Assembly: GCA_946965045.2 (NCBI GenBank)
Contig: OX337229.1
Location: forward strand, 1,550,001-1,614,000
Source: Epithemia pelagica
Taxonomy: Eukaryota > Protista > Bacillariophyta
DNA length: 64,000 bases
Direction of reading: 5' to 3'
Position 1 is the first letter of the stretch. Each line of letters opens with the position of its first letter. This document shows positions 42,826 to 55,941 of this stretch, piece after piece. The translations under genes were made by a program, and so were the position numbers. The notes beneath the pieces are model-generated. The model searched no databases. It was not told the origin of the DNA and saw nothing but the letters and a program-made list of their open reading frames with translations.

Positions 42826-45593
42826 ATGGCGACCAAGTATGGAGCGGTTCCCGTAGGAGGGGACCAATCAAATGGACACCATCGTGGTGGATACCGGGAT
42901 ACTAGCGATGAGGAAGGGATGTATTCAAGTGGTGGTGATCCCACTGGTAGCAGCGAAGAAAATGACGAAATGAGTGACGACAATTCCAATATTTTTAACG
43001 ATGACTTGATCATTGGATCGCCGTACAAAACAATTTCATTGCGTGGCGACGGATACGGTGGAGGTGGCCATTATCGTTCGCTGGGCGAAGCCAGTGGTGC
43101 AGATAATGGTATTCAGTCTCACAATTACGAGCCAGATGAATCAGAGGTTTGGAGGGCATACGTTGCTCAAGTTCATTTTCAAAACCGTGGACAGTGGTGG
43201 ACCACTGGAAAGACGCGATCGTTGAAAAAGTGGGTTCTAACTTTTACGATTGGAGTTGTCCAAGCCGTAGTTGCTGCCTTGTGTAATTTGGGTTCCAGAT
43301 CTCTCTGTAAAATGAAATTTGAGCATGTGTACGATCTCCTGAATCCCAGTGAATCCACCTCCACTATGTCAGAAGAACTCAGAGAGTCCACCGATGATTT
43401 GTATGTGGCTGGAGATGAGGTCGCTACTTCAGAACAAGAGCTGGAAGAAACGACATCGGGTCGCTTTATTGAGAACGCCTTTGTAGCATTTTTCCTTTTC
43501 CAAGTTTGCTATGCGGCGATCTCATCGCTCTTTGTCTGGTTCGAACCAGTTTCGGCTGGTTCCGGAATTCCAGAAATTAAGTGCTATCTGAATGGTATTG
43601 ATTTGCCTCGTGTTGTTGATGTCAAAACCCTTTTCTGTAAGGTTGTTGGTGTCACCTTCTCTGTCGGAGCGGGATTACCTGTTGGAAAAGAAGGACCAAT
43701 GGTCCATTCCGGTTCCGTCGTCGCTGCTGCTATATCACAGGGTGGTTTTCCACGTTGTCCTGGAGACCATATGCATTCGGGCTTTGCACAGTTTCAAGAT
43801 TTTCGCAATGATCGAGAGAAACGAGATTTCGTTGCATGTGGGGCAGCAGCTGGTGTGGCGGCTGCCTTTGGAGCACCAATCGGAGGCGTCTTGTTCAGTT
43901 TGGAGGAGGGTGCCAGTTATTGGAGCACAAAGCTGACTTGGCGTGCCTTCTTTTGTGCCATGACAACTCTCTCTACGCTCTTCTGGATTCGAAACGTGGA
44001 TACACTCTGGGTAAGTTTTCAATGTTGCCTCGAATCCTATCACTTTGATGGATCTAACCTCGGCTGTGGGTTTTTGTTTTGTAGGGCCAAGCCAACATTG
44101 AACAATTGTTTTCTTTTGGTGAATTCAATAGCCTTACTGGCGATGGTACAAATTTTTCCATTTGGGAATTGGGTCTTTTCGTAGTGATTGGTTGTCTGGG
44201 TGGATTGATTGGTGCGGTCTTCAATGCTACTAACGAGCATTTAACCATTTGGCGTATGAAAAATGTCAATCATTCCAAATCACGCCGTTTCATTGAAGTC
44301 ATCTGTGTTGCGTCCTTGGTCAGTGTGACAGCATTCATCATGCCCATTCTGTGGGGGCGATGCACGGACCTGCCCACCGATATGCAAGATTGGTCGAATC
44401 AGGAGAAAAATCTGGTGGAGCATTTGGTTCCATTTCGTTGCAAACCTGGCAAGGAATACAACGAAGTTGCCAGTCTCATTTTCACGGAGCCAGATATTGC
44501 TATCAAACAGCTTTTTCATTTTCGTGAAGCGGGTGCAGATGATGTTAGTACCTTCTCGTCTGGGGCACTTTTCATGTTCTTCATCCCATACATCATGTTA
44601 GCTACCGTGACTTATGGTATTGCGGTGCCTTCCGGTCTCTTCGTCCCTTCGCTTTTGTCGGGCGCTGCCTTTGGACGGCTTTTTGGTCATCTGCTTCACA
44701 AACTTGATCACACAAGTGGAACGTTTGCTGATTCGGGCACTTATGCTTTGATGGGAGCGGCAGCCGTTTTAGGAGGAATGGCTCGAATGACGATCAGTCT
44801 TACGGTAATTCTGTTGGAGGCTACTGGAGATATGCAATATGTTCTCCCACTCATGCTTACGCTCATGGCGGCACGTTTCACTGGAAATGTGTTCAACGAA
44901 GGTCTCTATGATATCCATATTCATCTGAAACACATTCCATTTTTGGAACCAGATGTCCCTGCCGTGGCGGAGCGTAACGAAATTGTTGCTGGTCAAGTCA
45001 TGTCGACTGAAGTGAAATGCCTGCGTCCCGTTGAACGAGCGGGCGTGGTGTATGACTTGCTGCAATCAAACTCCCATGGAACCTTCCCTATTGTTGACAC
45101 GGCTTCAGGTGGCACTCTGTATGGAACGGCAAGTCGTCATATGCTATGCACGCTGTTGCAGCGACGAGCCTTTGGAAACCCAGACGTGCTGGATGACTAC
45201 AACGACCAAGGTCATGACTTGGGACCTCGTCGGCTTTCTCCTCTGGTTCAGTGGGATACAATCGAGAAAGCTTATCCCAGATACCCCACCATCGATGACG
45301 TTGATTTGCGAGAATCTGACAGAAATGGTTGGTTAGATTTACGTCCTTATGCCAACACAGCACCTTACACAGTCAATGAAACCGCATCTATTCAAAGAAC
45401 GTATCGCCTTTTCCGGACGTTGGGTCTTCGATTCTTGTGCGTTGTGAACCACAACAACCAAGTTGTCGGTATCATTACACGCAAGGATTTGTTGCCAGAA
45501 GCTTTGACTGACTCGCTGCTTCGTGGTCGCAATGCACACACTCTTGAAGACGAAGAGGACGACGAAGAGGACGATGAGCATCATGTTATGTGA
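42826..45593 (+). CDS. CLC-family Cl-/H+ exchanger (CLC-6/7-like) with CBS domains, 2 exons
   Basis: Exons 42826-44010 and 44085-45593. GSGIPE, GKEGP, FGAPIGGVLFSLEEG, GLFVP, GLYDIHI and C-terminal CBS pair. Confidence 0.95.
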
Positions 45594-45664
45594 ATTAATC
45601 ATATTGCCAATAATAAGAAAAGCTTTCTCGTTTCGTTCCCCGTGGTATGTACAAAATCCATCAG

Positions 45665-46736
45665 TCATGGTCGTTTAGAATATACCACATCGTAGAATCT
45701 CACATCAATCGGCCTTCCTCGACTGGCTTCCCACATTTTCATCGCAAGAGGACTTTGTTGGGAAGGCAACAGAAAGGCTGCAGACCTCTGAGTGCAGGAT
45801 ATTTCGTCCTTCAACTCATTGTATGTGTAGATTGAGGTTGTTTCAATTTCCTTTAGAATTGCGGATGGAGCGCTTTTCGGTCTGTCAAGTGGCGACACAA
45901 TTTCTCGGACTACCTCGCTGCAATCAAATCTATTGGGCGCCAAAGTCTCTTGCCGTCTGTTTAAAACGATAAGATCAACTTGAACCAGAGAAGATGCTCC
46001 CTTCGGAGCGACAATGCATGTTAATTTGTTCGGTGAAACATTTGGTATATCAATTACACTGTTCTCTCCCAGAGCTGCCATGGCTATCTTTTTCACATTA
46101 TATTCACGATCCGCGATAGCTGCACCATCCACCTTAAGGAACCGACTTTCATACGATAAAGAAGTTCCTGATCAATAAGAAAGGGGTAAGGGAATCATGC
46201 AGAGTCACGTCTTAGTGGTTGGCAAGGAAGATTGAACTCTTACCGATTTCTTGCTGGGCAGACTGAAATGTTGCATTTCCTCCGAACAGAGCAACACCAC
46301 ATGGCGCTTCCACACCTGTGGTCAAAGATCTGACTCTCCAAGTCCCGGAAAACCATGACGGATAAAAGATATCAGGTCTTTCCAAGCCATACGGTGGAGG
46401 GCTAAGAACATTTTCCGAAACACGTGCTTCCAACAACCCTGCCTCAAGGGACAGAGAATCGACTTTAGCATTCAAAACTGGTGGGTTAGAAGGCACTCCC
46501 GCTACAGCTGCCTCTGAAACTCTAGGAAATCCAATTAAGTTGAGCGTTGTGGTTGCCAAAGGTAGAATCGGCGAAAGGAGCAACCGTCGTCTGTGTGTTG
46601 AGGAGGTCTTGAATTGGTCGTCATCTGCTACACGTTGCCGATAGTGATGGACGTCAGGCAGACTCAATCCAACAGCATCCTTTGCGAAACAAAACGCAAA
46701 GATGGATATTATCGGGAGCTTCGTTAATTCTCTCAT
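45665..46736 (-). CDS. DUF6816-like putative plastid/thylakoid protein, 2 exons (~331 aa)
   Basis: Exons 46736-46244 and 46167-45665 join in frame (QQEI G|TSLSYESRF..ADREYN). DIFYPSWFSGTW motif; signal peptide plus RRRLLL twin-Arg-like motif. Confidence 0.68.
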
Positions 46737-47051
46737 GGACTCTGTCGACAAGCATCGGCACTTTTTCCCCACACTTTTTCTCATTGGGGATGAAAGATTC
46801 GTGGAGACTACCTATATTACCTATGTCTTTTCCCCTAGCTTAGGATGGCTAGCTACTCCTAGCTACCGGAGAGATGATCTCTACAAGTATGATCTGTGTA
46901 TCACTTGACTCTTGAAATCTTCACGCCCCGTGAAGTCTCTCAAGCTCTACCGTTAGATGCGGCATCGGCATGGCATGCCTAAAGTTTTGATAATCTCTCT
47001 AAGACAACTTTCCGAAGAGAACAGATATGCTTCCCCCGGCTGTCGTTGTTG

Positions 47052-48017
47052 TCATCTTTGTTTTGAAGAATTGGAATACCGAAACAGTCTCTTCTGACTC
47101 GGAAAAATCGGTTCAACCGTATTACCAAGTCTTCGGTTGACATGTTCAGCGTCATTCACCTCGTTAGATTGCTTGCCAACTAACTCATCAGATTGGTCTT
47201 TGATATCTGGAAAAGGCTGGGGTTGCCGATCTTTTTCTTCGCTTTCGCTTTCGAGTTTTCCTCCATCCGCCACATGTGCATCTTTCAATAACTCCTCTGT
47301 TTTCGATTCTACTGTGGAAGTTAAGCCTTGGGAGATGGACTCATGTACCTGTTGTTCTTGTGCAACGGCTATGGCGTCGACGCCAGGTTTGTTGTTAATT
47401 TGACTGCTTGAATCCGCGCTTTCAACCGGTTGCAGATCAGACTTGTTCAACGTGTGATTGTTGTGTGCTGAGTTAACAGGGATAATTGCTCCACTATCTT
47501 CCAATTTAGCCGCTTGTTGCTGAAGCTGGCTGTTGTGTACCGTCTGGTTACTTTGCGATTTCGTCGCATTCATGGGAACTTTTTCAGAAGTCGAAAGTTC
47601 ATCTTCTTTTTCGATCGGTTCATTATCCAAAAGGTGATCCGAGTTTGCTTTTTTCTCTGCATCTTCCATCCATGTTGGAAAGACCTCATGGTGGTGGCCG
47701 CGAACCATACTTTTGTGCGGTTCATGATGATGTTCGTTATGGTGCAAATGTGTTTCTTTCCACATGAAAAATGTCAATGGGAGAAGCAAAAATACAGCCA
47801 TAACCATGAGAACCATCCGACGAGGGATCTTCACATGCCAGCTTTTGTTACTGGAGTTCTTCGTAGACGGTGAAGGAGAAGTCCCCCTCAGTGAATGCGA
47901 CCGTCGAACGATTTTTGACCCGGATTTCCGATTCGTCATGGTATCAAATCCCATGAAAGAATGAGACCTGTGTTTTCTCATCTTCTCACGTTCGACTGCA
48001 TCATCCATAGAAACCAT
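47052..48017 (-). CDS. Hypothetical type II membrane protein
   Basis: 321-aa ORF; basic N-terminus, one TM (MVLMVMAVFLLLPLTFFMW), His-rich then low-complexity C-terminus. Confidence 0.65.
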   Translation of the reverse strand: MVSMDDAVEREKMRKHRSHSFMGFDTMTNRKSGSKIVRRSHSLRGTSPSPSTKNSSNKSWHVKIPRRMVLMVMAVFLLLPLTFFMWKETHLHHNEHHHEPHKSMVRGHHHEVFPTWMEDAEKKANSDHLLDNEPIEKEDELSTSEKVPMNATKSQSNQTVHNSQLQQQAAKLEDSGAIIPVNSAHNNHTLNKSDLQPVESADSSSQINNKPGVDAIAVAQEQQVHESISQGLTSTVESKTEELLKDAHVADGGKLESESEEKDRQPQPFPDIKDQSDELVGKQSNEVNDAEHVNRRLGNTVEPIFPSQKRLFRYSNSSKQR

Positions 48018-48445
48018 TGTGAATGTGTAGTTAAGTGGACAGAGCGATTACATCCGTTTCATCTGATTTCTCATCAGGGACACAGGAAAACACAGGAAAC
48101 GACCACAATTGAAAATGAATGAGAACACGATCCATGTCCATGACTCCCTCCGCAATGGGCATCACCCCCTAAACGATCCGGGGGGACTCATGGAAATCGG
48201 GGGAGTACCTACCTAGATGCTTTCCTACCCTGTCTAATGATCCGATGCGATGGCAGATCACTTGTCAACACGAGAACGAAGAAAGAGATCCTAGGTAGGA
48301 GTACGTCGGAGGAACTGAGAGTAAGGAGAAGAGACAATCTATCAAAGACAGCATTCCGAAACTTCTCTTCAGCGCTTTAGAGTTCAAACCAAAGCGGTGA
48401 TGAACGCAATTTTCAGAGTGGGGTCATTCACTGCCCTGTGATTTT

Positions 48446-49694
48446 CTAGGAATGTTCTCCCACGAAAGCAGGCACATCAAAAGTTCCATCAGAAGAGGGA
48501 AGAATCACTCCTTTTTCCGTGATAATGCCTGATATATTTTTTGCTGGCGTGACATCAAAGGCGGGGTTCCAGACAGCAATGTTCTTGGGAGCTCGACTAG
48601 TGGACAAAAGTTCTGCTGCTGGACGCTCCTCAATGTTGATGTCATCTCCTTTTGCCATATTCACGTCTAGAGTGGTAAAGGGCGATGCCACGTAAAACGG
48701 AACATTATGTGCTGCGGCTGCCAATGACAAGGCATAACTTCCGACCTTGTTAGCTGTGTCTCCATTCGCACACACTCGATCGGCTCCAATGACAACTGCG
48801 TCAACAGTTTCCTTTGCCATCATAGCCGCAGCCATGGAATCACAAATTAATGTACCCTCGGGCATCTTTTCTTCAACGATTTCAAAGGCAGTTAATCGAG
48901 ATCCTTGGTTGTACGGTCTCGTCTCTAGAGCCACGATTTTCTTGAGTTGGTCTCGATCACGAATGGCCCGAACGACACCCAGAGCAGTGCCGTAATGAGA
49001 CGTTGCGAGCGAGCCCGTATTACAAATTGTCATGACTGTGACTTTTGCATCAGAGGGCTTTGACTTCAAAATGATGTCTGCTCCAAACTTGGCCAATGTC
49101 ATATTGTCGTTTCTATCACGATCCAGCATGAAGCGGGCATAGGAAACCACTGATTCGACAATCTTTTGTCGGTAGGACACGGAGTCATCTTTTCCCTCTG
49201 TTTTGATTTCGAGGAGTTTGTCTTTCATTTCAGCCATGGCGTTGAAGAGGTTGACTGCCGTGGGCCGCGAAGTCAGCAAATAATTCATCTTACCCTCAAC
49301 ATACGCAAAGACGGCATCGAAGTGCTCCTTTCCGTGCATTTTTTCGATTTGATCCAACTCTGCAGAGATGACTTTGCTTTTAAGGTCGACCGCCAAACCC
49401 AAACAAGCAACAATTGCAATCAACGGTGCTCCTGTAGTTGAACAAACGTTAGGGTCGATTCGATTATGGTTCTTCCATGAATTATGTAACACAACAGGCC
49501 AACCAACGGTTTCAGGCCCTACCTCTTATGTTCATGTCTCGGATCACTGTCCAAGCAGCCTGCATATTCTCAATGTCGATATACTTCTTTTCATCCGGAA
49601 TGAGAAGCTGATCCAACACTTTCAGTGACAGCTGATCACCTGAATCATCGTATATTAGAGACCTCAAGCTCTCAGGAGCACTTTCCGAAGTCAT
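48446..49694 (-). CDS. MRI1: Methylthioribose-1-phosphate isomerase, 2 exons
   Basis: Exons 49694-49523 and 49431-48446 give IR|GAPLIA. Motifs LDQLLIP, SRPTAVNLF, TICNTGSLAT, ETRPYNQGSRLTAFE, GADRV..NGDTANKVG, NPAFDVTP. Confidence 0.95.
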
Positions 49695-50063
49695 TGTCAA
49701 ATGTACAGGAAGTAACAACGTAACTGTCTGCAACTTCCGGTAATGGACTCAAAACGTGGGTAATCTTTCTACTACTCAGAGTATCGTCACGATATAACTT
49801 CTTCATTTTCATACAGTAGTACCTCTGATATGATCATACTAGTGCCTCCTCTAGCCGTGTGCCCATTACACGCCAAAATGGGCCGTTGGGCACATATTTT
49901 CAACTAGATAGAACATGATCAATATTAGGCCTACGGCAACATGTGGATGCCCAAACTTTTTCTTCAAGACATCCTCTGTCACCATTGGATACCACATGAC
50001 ACCCATATATGACATATCTAGGTCATAGGAGCATCTCCATTGGGGGGTTGTGCTCGATTTTTG

Positions 50064-50108
50064 ACATGTGGGCACATGTGGGCACATGTGGGGACATAGT
50101 GGGCACAT
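50064..50108. repeat. Short tandem repeat (ACATGTGGGC-like, about 4 units) upstream of the transposase
   Basis: gacatgtgggcacatgtgggcacatgtggggacatagtgggcacat; related GTGCCCA/TGGGCAC hairpin near 49859-49893. Confidence 0.7.
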
Positions 50109-50543
50109 TGCTTCGGCAGGTCCTATGACAGTCCTATGACGATGATAGGACGTCGTGATGTTACCTGCATCCAAAGCAGTACTTTCGCGCCATTTTTTGT
50201 GCCATGGTCGGCTTTCTCAACGTGTCCCGGACTCCTCTGGACCCGCGCTGATTCGGAACCAATCGGAACTCCATGGGGGACCAGGGGGGAATTTTTGTAG
50301 AAAAGATTGTGACGATCAACTGACGACAGACGACCACACAATGGCAAGTTACATGTTTTTCCCTCCATTTGAACAGTCCCCATCGGGATTATTCATCATG
50401 AAGAGCATGTGCTCATGAGATCGAACCTTTTGGTAATGAGGATCATTACCAAAAGTGTCAATTTCTTGAGCACAAGGACAACGAGGTGCAGGTGACGATG
50501 ACGACAACAACAACAACAACAAGCACGAGGACACTGAAAGAAA

Positions 50544-53500
50544 ATGCCAGCAGGTGTTGGAACAACAGGTCGGTTGGGTCCTGGGTCCAGGGCATTTCTC
50601 AGAGGCAGCAAGGAACCTGTGCTAATTGTCCGAGCCCTTGCGAACAAGTCATGGGAAGTTGAGCGGCTTGACAAGAGGGATGGCAGTAGAACAGGTGAGC
50701 TGATGAACAAGACCTCTTATCAGCTGAAGAAGATACAACGAGGCGATAGCTTTCCTGGGGAATACCGAGTGCAGCAGACAGTGGCAAGAACAACTGCAAC
50801 AACAGCACCAACATCAACAGCAACTACCACCACTGCTGCTTCCAACCAACAGCAACGGCAAGAACAACAGCAAGAAGGCTCGTCAAATGAGGAGGAGGCT
50901 TTGGTTGTTGTTAACAGCTTTGCATCATCTGGTGCAGCCAACAACGAGGGTCCTCAACAAGAAGGAGGGGAGAATCAGACAGGTATTGAAGTTCTTGTTG
51001 CTCGTCAGGGTGGTAGTCAGCAGCAGCAGCGGAATGAGAACCACAACCAGCAACATCAAAGAACACAACAACAAGAACACATTGCCATGACGGCCGAGAA
51101 TACAAGAGATGATGACGAGGGATTTGAAGTTGTGGCATTGAGCAACCGTGAACAGGCTCAGGATGAAGATGAGCAGAACAACAACAACAACAACGGGCAG
51201 GACAGTGCAATGGCAGGCCCGAGCGCCGAACAACGAGAACACACGACACACACAAACAACACTTCGAGCAACACCAGGAGTGAGCCCACCCAAGTCATGG
51301 ATGGGGATGCAGGTGGTGACGGTCAGCGTGGTGGTGATACCGTCCCTGTCGTTCGTACTCGTGAGGACGCGCACAACGTGGTCGAGACAATTCTCAATGA
51401 CGACGACGACCGGAGTTGGATTTCCGACGTTGGAATTGCTGGTCCACCAGCAGTGGAGCAGCAGGAACGTGAAGTCGCGAGGAATGACCAGAACCTTTCT
51501 GGTCGCACTTTCCAACACACAACAGATGAGGATAATGCATCAGCCGTGTCGTTGGATGACTACTTCAACGACTTGGAGGACTATCTGTTTTTGTTTTCGG
51601 ACGACGAGGATGCCATTGATCCTAACAGTTTGGCACTCGCACACGAAATTGAGAGCAGGGAGGAGCACAGGAACAGGTATACAAACTATATAAACAGAAA
51701 GAAGCAACTGATAGAAGAAAACTGGACAGTGACCCTCGAGCCACCCAGCGAAAATGGTATTGATATTGGCGACAGAGTCCGGGAGAACAAAAGGAACAAT
51801 CCACGTTTCGGAATTGTGGTTGAAAAGCATCCGGATAGTATCCCTGGCACTCCTTTGTGGAATGTGCTCTTTGACGGAGACGAGGAAGAGACACTAGCGC
51901 TTACAGGCAGGAATGACCTGCGCAAGATTTATGACAATCGGAGTTTCACTTGGCAAATTGTTGATGGCGATACAGTACCCGACAACCTTGTTGAAGAATT
52001 CGAGAGTGTTGGTGTTGTTGGCTTTGACTTTCGCCAGTCATTTGCTCACAGCAACTTGTCTACAACAAACCAACGCTATGACTTTCCATTCCTGCGTCTG
52101 CTGATCCACATGTGGCCAGGTAAGTCGTTGATTGTCAAGTTTCCTGTTGGTGTCACAGTGAAAAGGGTCTCAGTATTAATGGCGTGTTTGTCTTACAGGG
52201 AGTTGGCGAGAGCAGCTGCATAGGTTGAATGAAGCAATCAACGAACGCAATCAGGGCAGACTCCGAAGCCGCCATATCCGTTGCGTCACAGAGCATGAGT
52301 GGTGGGCATGGTGGGGCATTCTTATCGGAGCGGCACCCTGCCACAAAGGTGGTATTTGGCTCTTCGATGATGCGTCGTCAACTTCACATCGTCAGTTTTC
52401 TCCGAAAGTGAATGCCAGCAAAGGTGGCATGGATCTCATGTCGAAGACTCGGTTCTTCGACATCAAGGAGATTCTTCCCTGTGCCTTTGAAGGGGACAAC
52501 CACGGTGCGAAATGGAACCAGATCAAACCGTTGGTTGACGGTTTCAACAGCAACCGTCGGAAAACAGTTGCCGCCTCATCAACAATTACGTTGGATGAGG
52601 CAATGTGCGCGTTCCAACCACGGACAACGAAGACATCAACACTCCCCCATTTGTCTTACGTCCAACGCAAACCCAAACCATTGGGGACGGAGTTCAAGGT
52701 AATGTTTGCTTTTCCGAACTGACTGCCTTTGCAGGTGACCAACTCATCCGTTTGATTGTCGTTTGTTTTGTTCAAAAAGGTTTCTGGTGACACAGCAACA
52801 GGTTGTCTTCTCTTCCTTGAGATACAGGAAGGGAAGATCCCAATGCGGCGCAAGAAGTTTATGGCAGATGGAGGCATGACGGTAGGAACGTCGCTTCGAT
52901 TGGTGGAAGGCTCGGAATATTCTGGCCAGTCAGTGCTTGAGCGTGTTGAAGCTCAGAGCCAAGGAAGCACAAGGCCCCTTGTATGTGCAGATTCTTGGTT
53001 TGGCAGCGTCAAGCTTGTCGAAGCCATGAAGTGCATGTACCGTGAACCACGAGAGCCGACAGCTCGTGATCGTCGGACCTACACTCTGTGTGTAGACAAA
53101 GTGCGGGGGAACAACCAGGATGCGCCCGAAGTCATTTGTTCCATCAAAACCAACAATGGCTTGTTCCCCCAAGAAGAATTGAAAAAGGAGATGGAACCCT
53201 TTCCATCGGGATCGTATCTTGTGATGGAGAGCGTGGCACCAGGTACCAACGTCAACCTGGTTGCCATCGCATACAAATACAATTCACGCAAGACTCTCTT
53301 TTTCGCCATGTCAAGAGATGCGGAGACTACGGAGCCTGGCCTCCCCTACGTGGCCAGGTTCGCTGATGAACATGGCAACGTCAGAGAGCGCCGCGTCCTA
53401 CGGCCGAAATGTTTGTCTGTGTATTTTGGAGCGGCCAATCTCATTGATGTCCACAATCACCTTCGACAGGGTGTGTTGCGGCTTGAAATGCTGTGGAAAA

Positions 53501-54291
53501 CGCCAAACCCATGGTTTAGGCTTATCACCACGATAATCGGTATCACGGTGGTTGATTGTTTTTTGGCGACCAAGTACCATTTGGGTGGCAGGCAGTCTCC
53601 AGTCTCGTCGGGAGTGGAGTATTTTGCAGATTGTTTGGCATGGGATCTTTCCCACAACCAGTTAAACAACAACCTTGACCGTCGAGGTCAGGCCCGCCCC
53701 AATATTGCTTCAAATGTCGTTGAAGCTGAGGATGGTACTGCTGGACTTCAGCAAAGGTCGCTGACAGAACAGGCCACACAATTCGCAAAGCAGATGCTGG
53801 AGGAGGCGTTTATGGCTCAGTTCGGGGCCTCAACTGCTAGTGCTCCTGGTTTGAGCCGATGTCCTCCGATTTCAGTTGTTGATTTACAATCCACACAGCA
53901 CCCCATCATTTCCCCAACGGAGTCATTGACGGTTCAGGATGATGATGCCACGGCGTGTATTCCTTGCGACTCTGGAGTTCCACCATCTGGAGTCTTTTCT
54001 CACAAGCCCATCCCAAATCCCGAACGAGTCCAGGGTGCGGATGGCAAGATACGTCCAAGCGCACGTCGATGCGTCATCTGTCGCATGAAGACGAGAGCAC
54101 TTTGCGGACATCCTGCTTGTCTTGCAAAAACGAAGACCCGCAAGGTACCAGGAACGGACGAGACCAAGACCCTCAAAGGTATTGGACTATGCAACGATAA
54201 CAAGATTCGTTCTGGGATGACCCGCACCTGTGTTGAAGAGCACAGATTCCAAATGGAGATCCTCCGAATGCAACAACAGAACACAGCTTGA
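50544..54291 (+). mobile_element. piggyBac-like (DDE_Tnp_1_7) transposase gene, 3 exons (~1195 aa)
   Basis: Exons 50544-52119, 52199-52698 and 52780-54291 join in frame. ITLDEAM, RKPKPLGTEFK, ADSWFGSV, IDVHNHLRQ, WFRLITT and C-terminal Cys-rich domain (RRCVIC...CGHPAC...LC...C). TIRs not identified. Confidence 0.85.
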
Positions 54292-54415
54292 TTTCACGAC
54301 GATTGCTCTATGATTTAGTATGAAAATGAAAATACACAATACATGATTAGGTAAGACCAATACATAGTTCTATTTGAAGTTACATCCATACAGTTCGAAC
54401 TAGTGCACGTATATC

Positions 54416-55003
54416 CTACATAGGAGTAGTCAGTTTCTTGATCACAATATTGGCAGTCTTGTCATCGTCTTTTCCCTCAACAGATTTGCATACTAGCTTC
54501 TCGTTGAGAAGTTTCAGAAACGTCGTGGCTCCAACGACACTCATCTTAACCGTGACAACCATGGGCTCCATTGTCATCACGGTGTTAAGTGAGTGTGTCG
54601 TAGCAATCACGATCTTGCTCTTGACAACTTTGCCACTACTTGACTGAAGAATCGTCGTATCAAGTTGATTGTTGATATATTGCAGTGGGATGACGAGCTC
54701 TGGGACAGAATCATCCTTTTTGGTGCGGTCAAAGAAGCGAATTGAGACTGCATTCGTGTTGACTCGAGACAAATAAGTTCGCTGCAACAGCAACACACCA
54801 CGATCAACAATCAACCGACCATCAGCAGAACATTCTCCGGCACTCTTCAGGTACACATTCACCCCCGCTTCTCCAAACACTGTCACTGTCTCCCCCTTTG
54901 TTTCAAGCGACTGACCACCATCACAAACCACTGTGAACCCATTGACGAGTTTCATCGTCTCAAACCTCTTGCTTCCTTTCGTTGAATTCATCTTTCTGGA
55001 CAA
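54416..55003 (-). CDS. Orphan beta-rich protein convergent with the transposase
   Basis: Uninterrupted 195-aa ORF, V/T/K-rich; no recognised family. Confidence 0.55.
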   Translation of the reverse strand: MSRKMNSTKGSKRFETMKLVNGFTVVCDGGQSLETKGETVTVFGEAGVNVYLKSAGECSADGRLIVDRGVLLLQRTYLSRVNTNAVSIRFFDRTKKDDSVPELVIPLQYINNQLDTTILQSSSGKVVKSKIVIATTHSLNTVMTMEPMVVTVKMSVVGATTFLKLLNEKLVCKSVEGKDDDKTANIVIKKLTTPM

Positions 55004-55380
55004 AGTGATGCAACAAGTGTGAGTGCTTGTTGGGGAGACAGTTCTAACAGCATTGTTTACTTACTTGCCGTCGTGCCGTCTTTCCACCAAAGAACTACTG
55101 TGTCTGTCGATCGGTGCAGCACTACTCCAGAACTTGTTGTTCTTGTTTGCTTTAGTTCTAGTATGTGTGTTTGTTTTGAGATTTGTGAGTGCGGGCATGG
55201 ACGAGTTTTTCGCGCCTCATGGCGCACTTCTTAATTAAGGAAAATTTGTTGGCTGGCGTGACGCGTGACATTTGGTCCGTTCGGAACCTATTCCAACCGA
55301 CACGACCCACATCGGCCTCATATTTTCCGTGGATCTCCTGTTACAGGAACAACAACACCACAAAAGAGAAGAAGACCACC

Positions 55381-55941
55381 ATGTCGACAAGCCCCAATAT
55401 TGCTTCCAATGTCGTCGACGCTGAGTCGCCTACAGAACAGGCCATGCGATACGCGAAGAAGATGCCGGAGGAGGCTGTTATGGCTCAATTCGGGGCCTCA
55501 ACTGCTGGTGCTGGCTTGAGCAGATGCCCTCTGATTTCAGTTGTTGATTCGCTCCCCAGTGTTTCCCCAGCAGAGTCATTGACAGTTCAGGATGATGGTA
55601 CTGTGTCGTGTCTTCTTTGCCACTCTGGAGATCCACCAGCTGGATTCTTGTCTCACTTGTCTCACAGGCCCATGCCAAATCCCGAACAAGTCCAGGATGC
55701 GGATGGCAACGAACAACCACGCACACGTCGATGCGTCATCTGTTTTATGAAGACGAGAGCAATTTGCGCACATCCTGTTTGTCTTGCTAAAACGAAGACC
55801 CGCAAGGTACCGGGAACGGACGAGATCATCAAGACCATCAAAGGTATTGGACTATGCAACGGTAACAGGATTCGTCCTGGGATGAACCGCACCTGTGTTG
55901 AAGAGCACAGATTCCGAATGCAACAACAGAACACAGCTTGA
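55381..55941 (+). CDS. Stand-alone copy of the transposase C-terminal Cys-rich domain (186 aa)
   Basis: 55391 to ~56052 is a diverged direct repeat of 53696 to ~54402, including the 3' UTR. It has its own ATG (ACC ATG), an open frame and all Cys/His conserved. Confidence 0.7.
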   Translation: MSTSPNIASNVVDAESPTEQAMRYAKKMPEEAVMAQFGASTAGAGLSRCPLISVVDSLPSVSPAESLTVQDDGTVSCLLCHSGDPPAGFLSHLSHRPMPNPEQVQDADGNEQPRTRRCVICFMKTRAICAHPVCLAKTKTRKVPGTDEIIKTIKGIGLCNGNRIRPGMNRTCVEEHRFRMQQQNTA

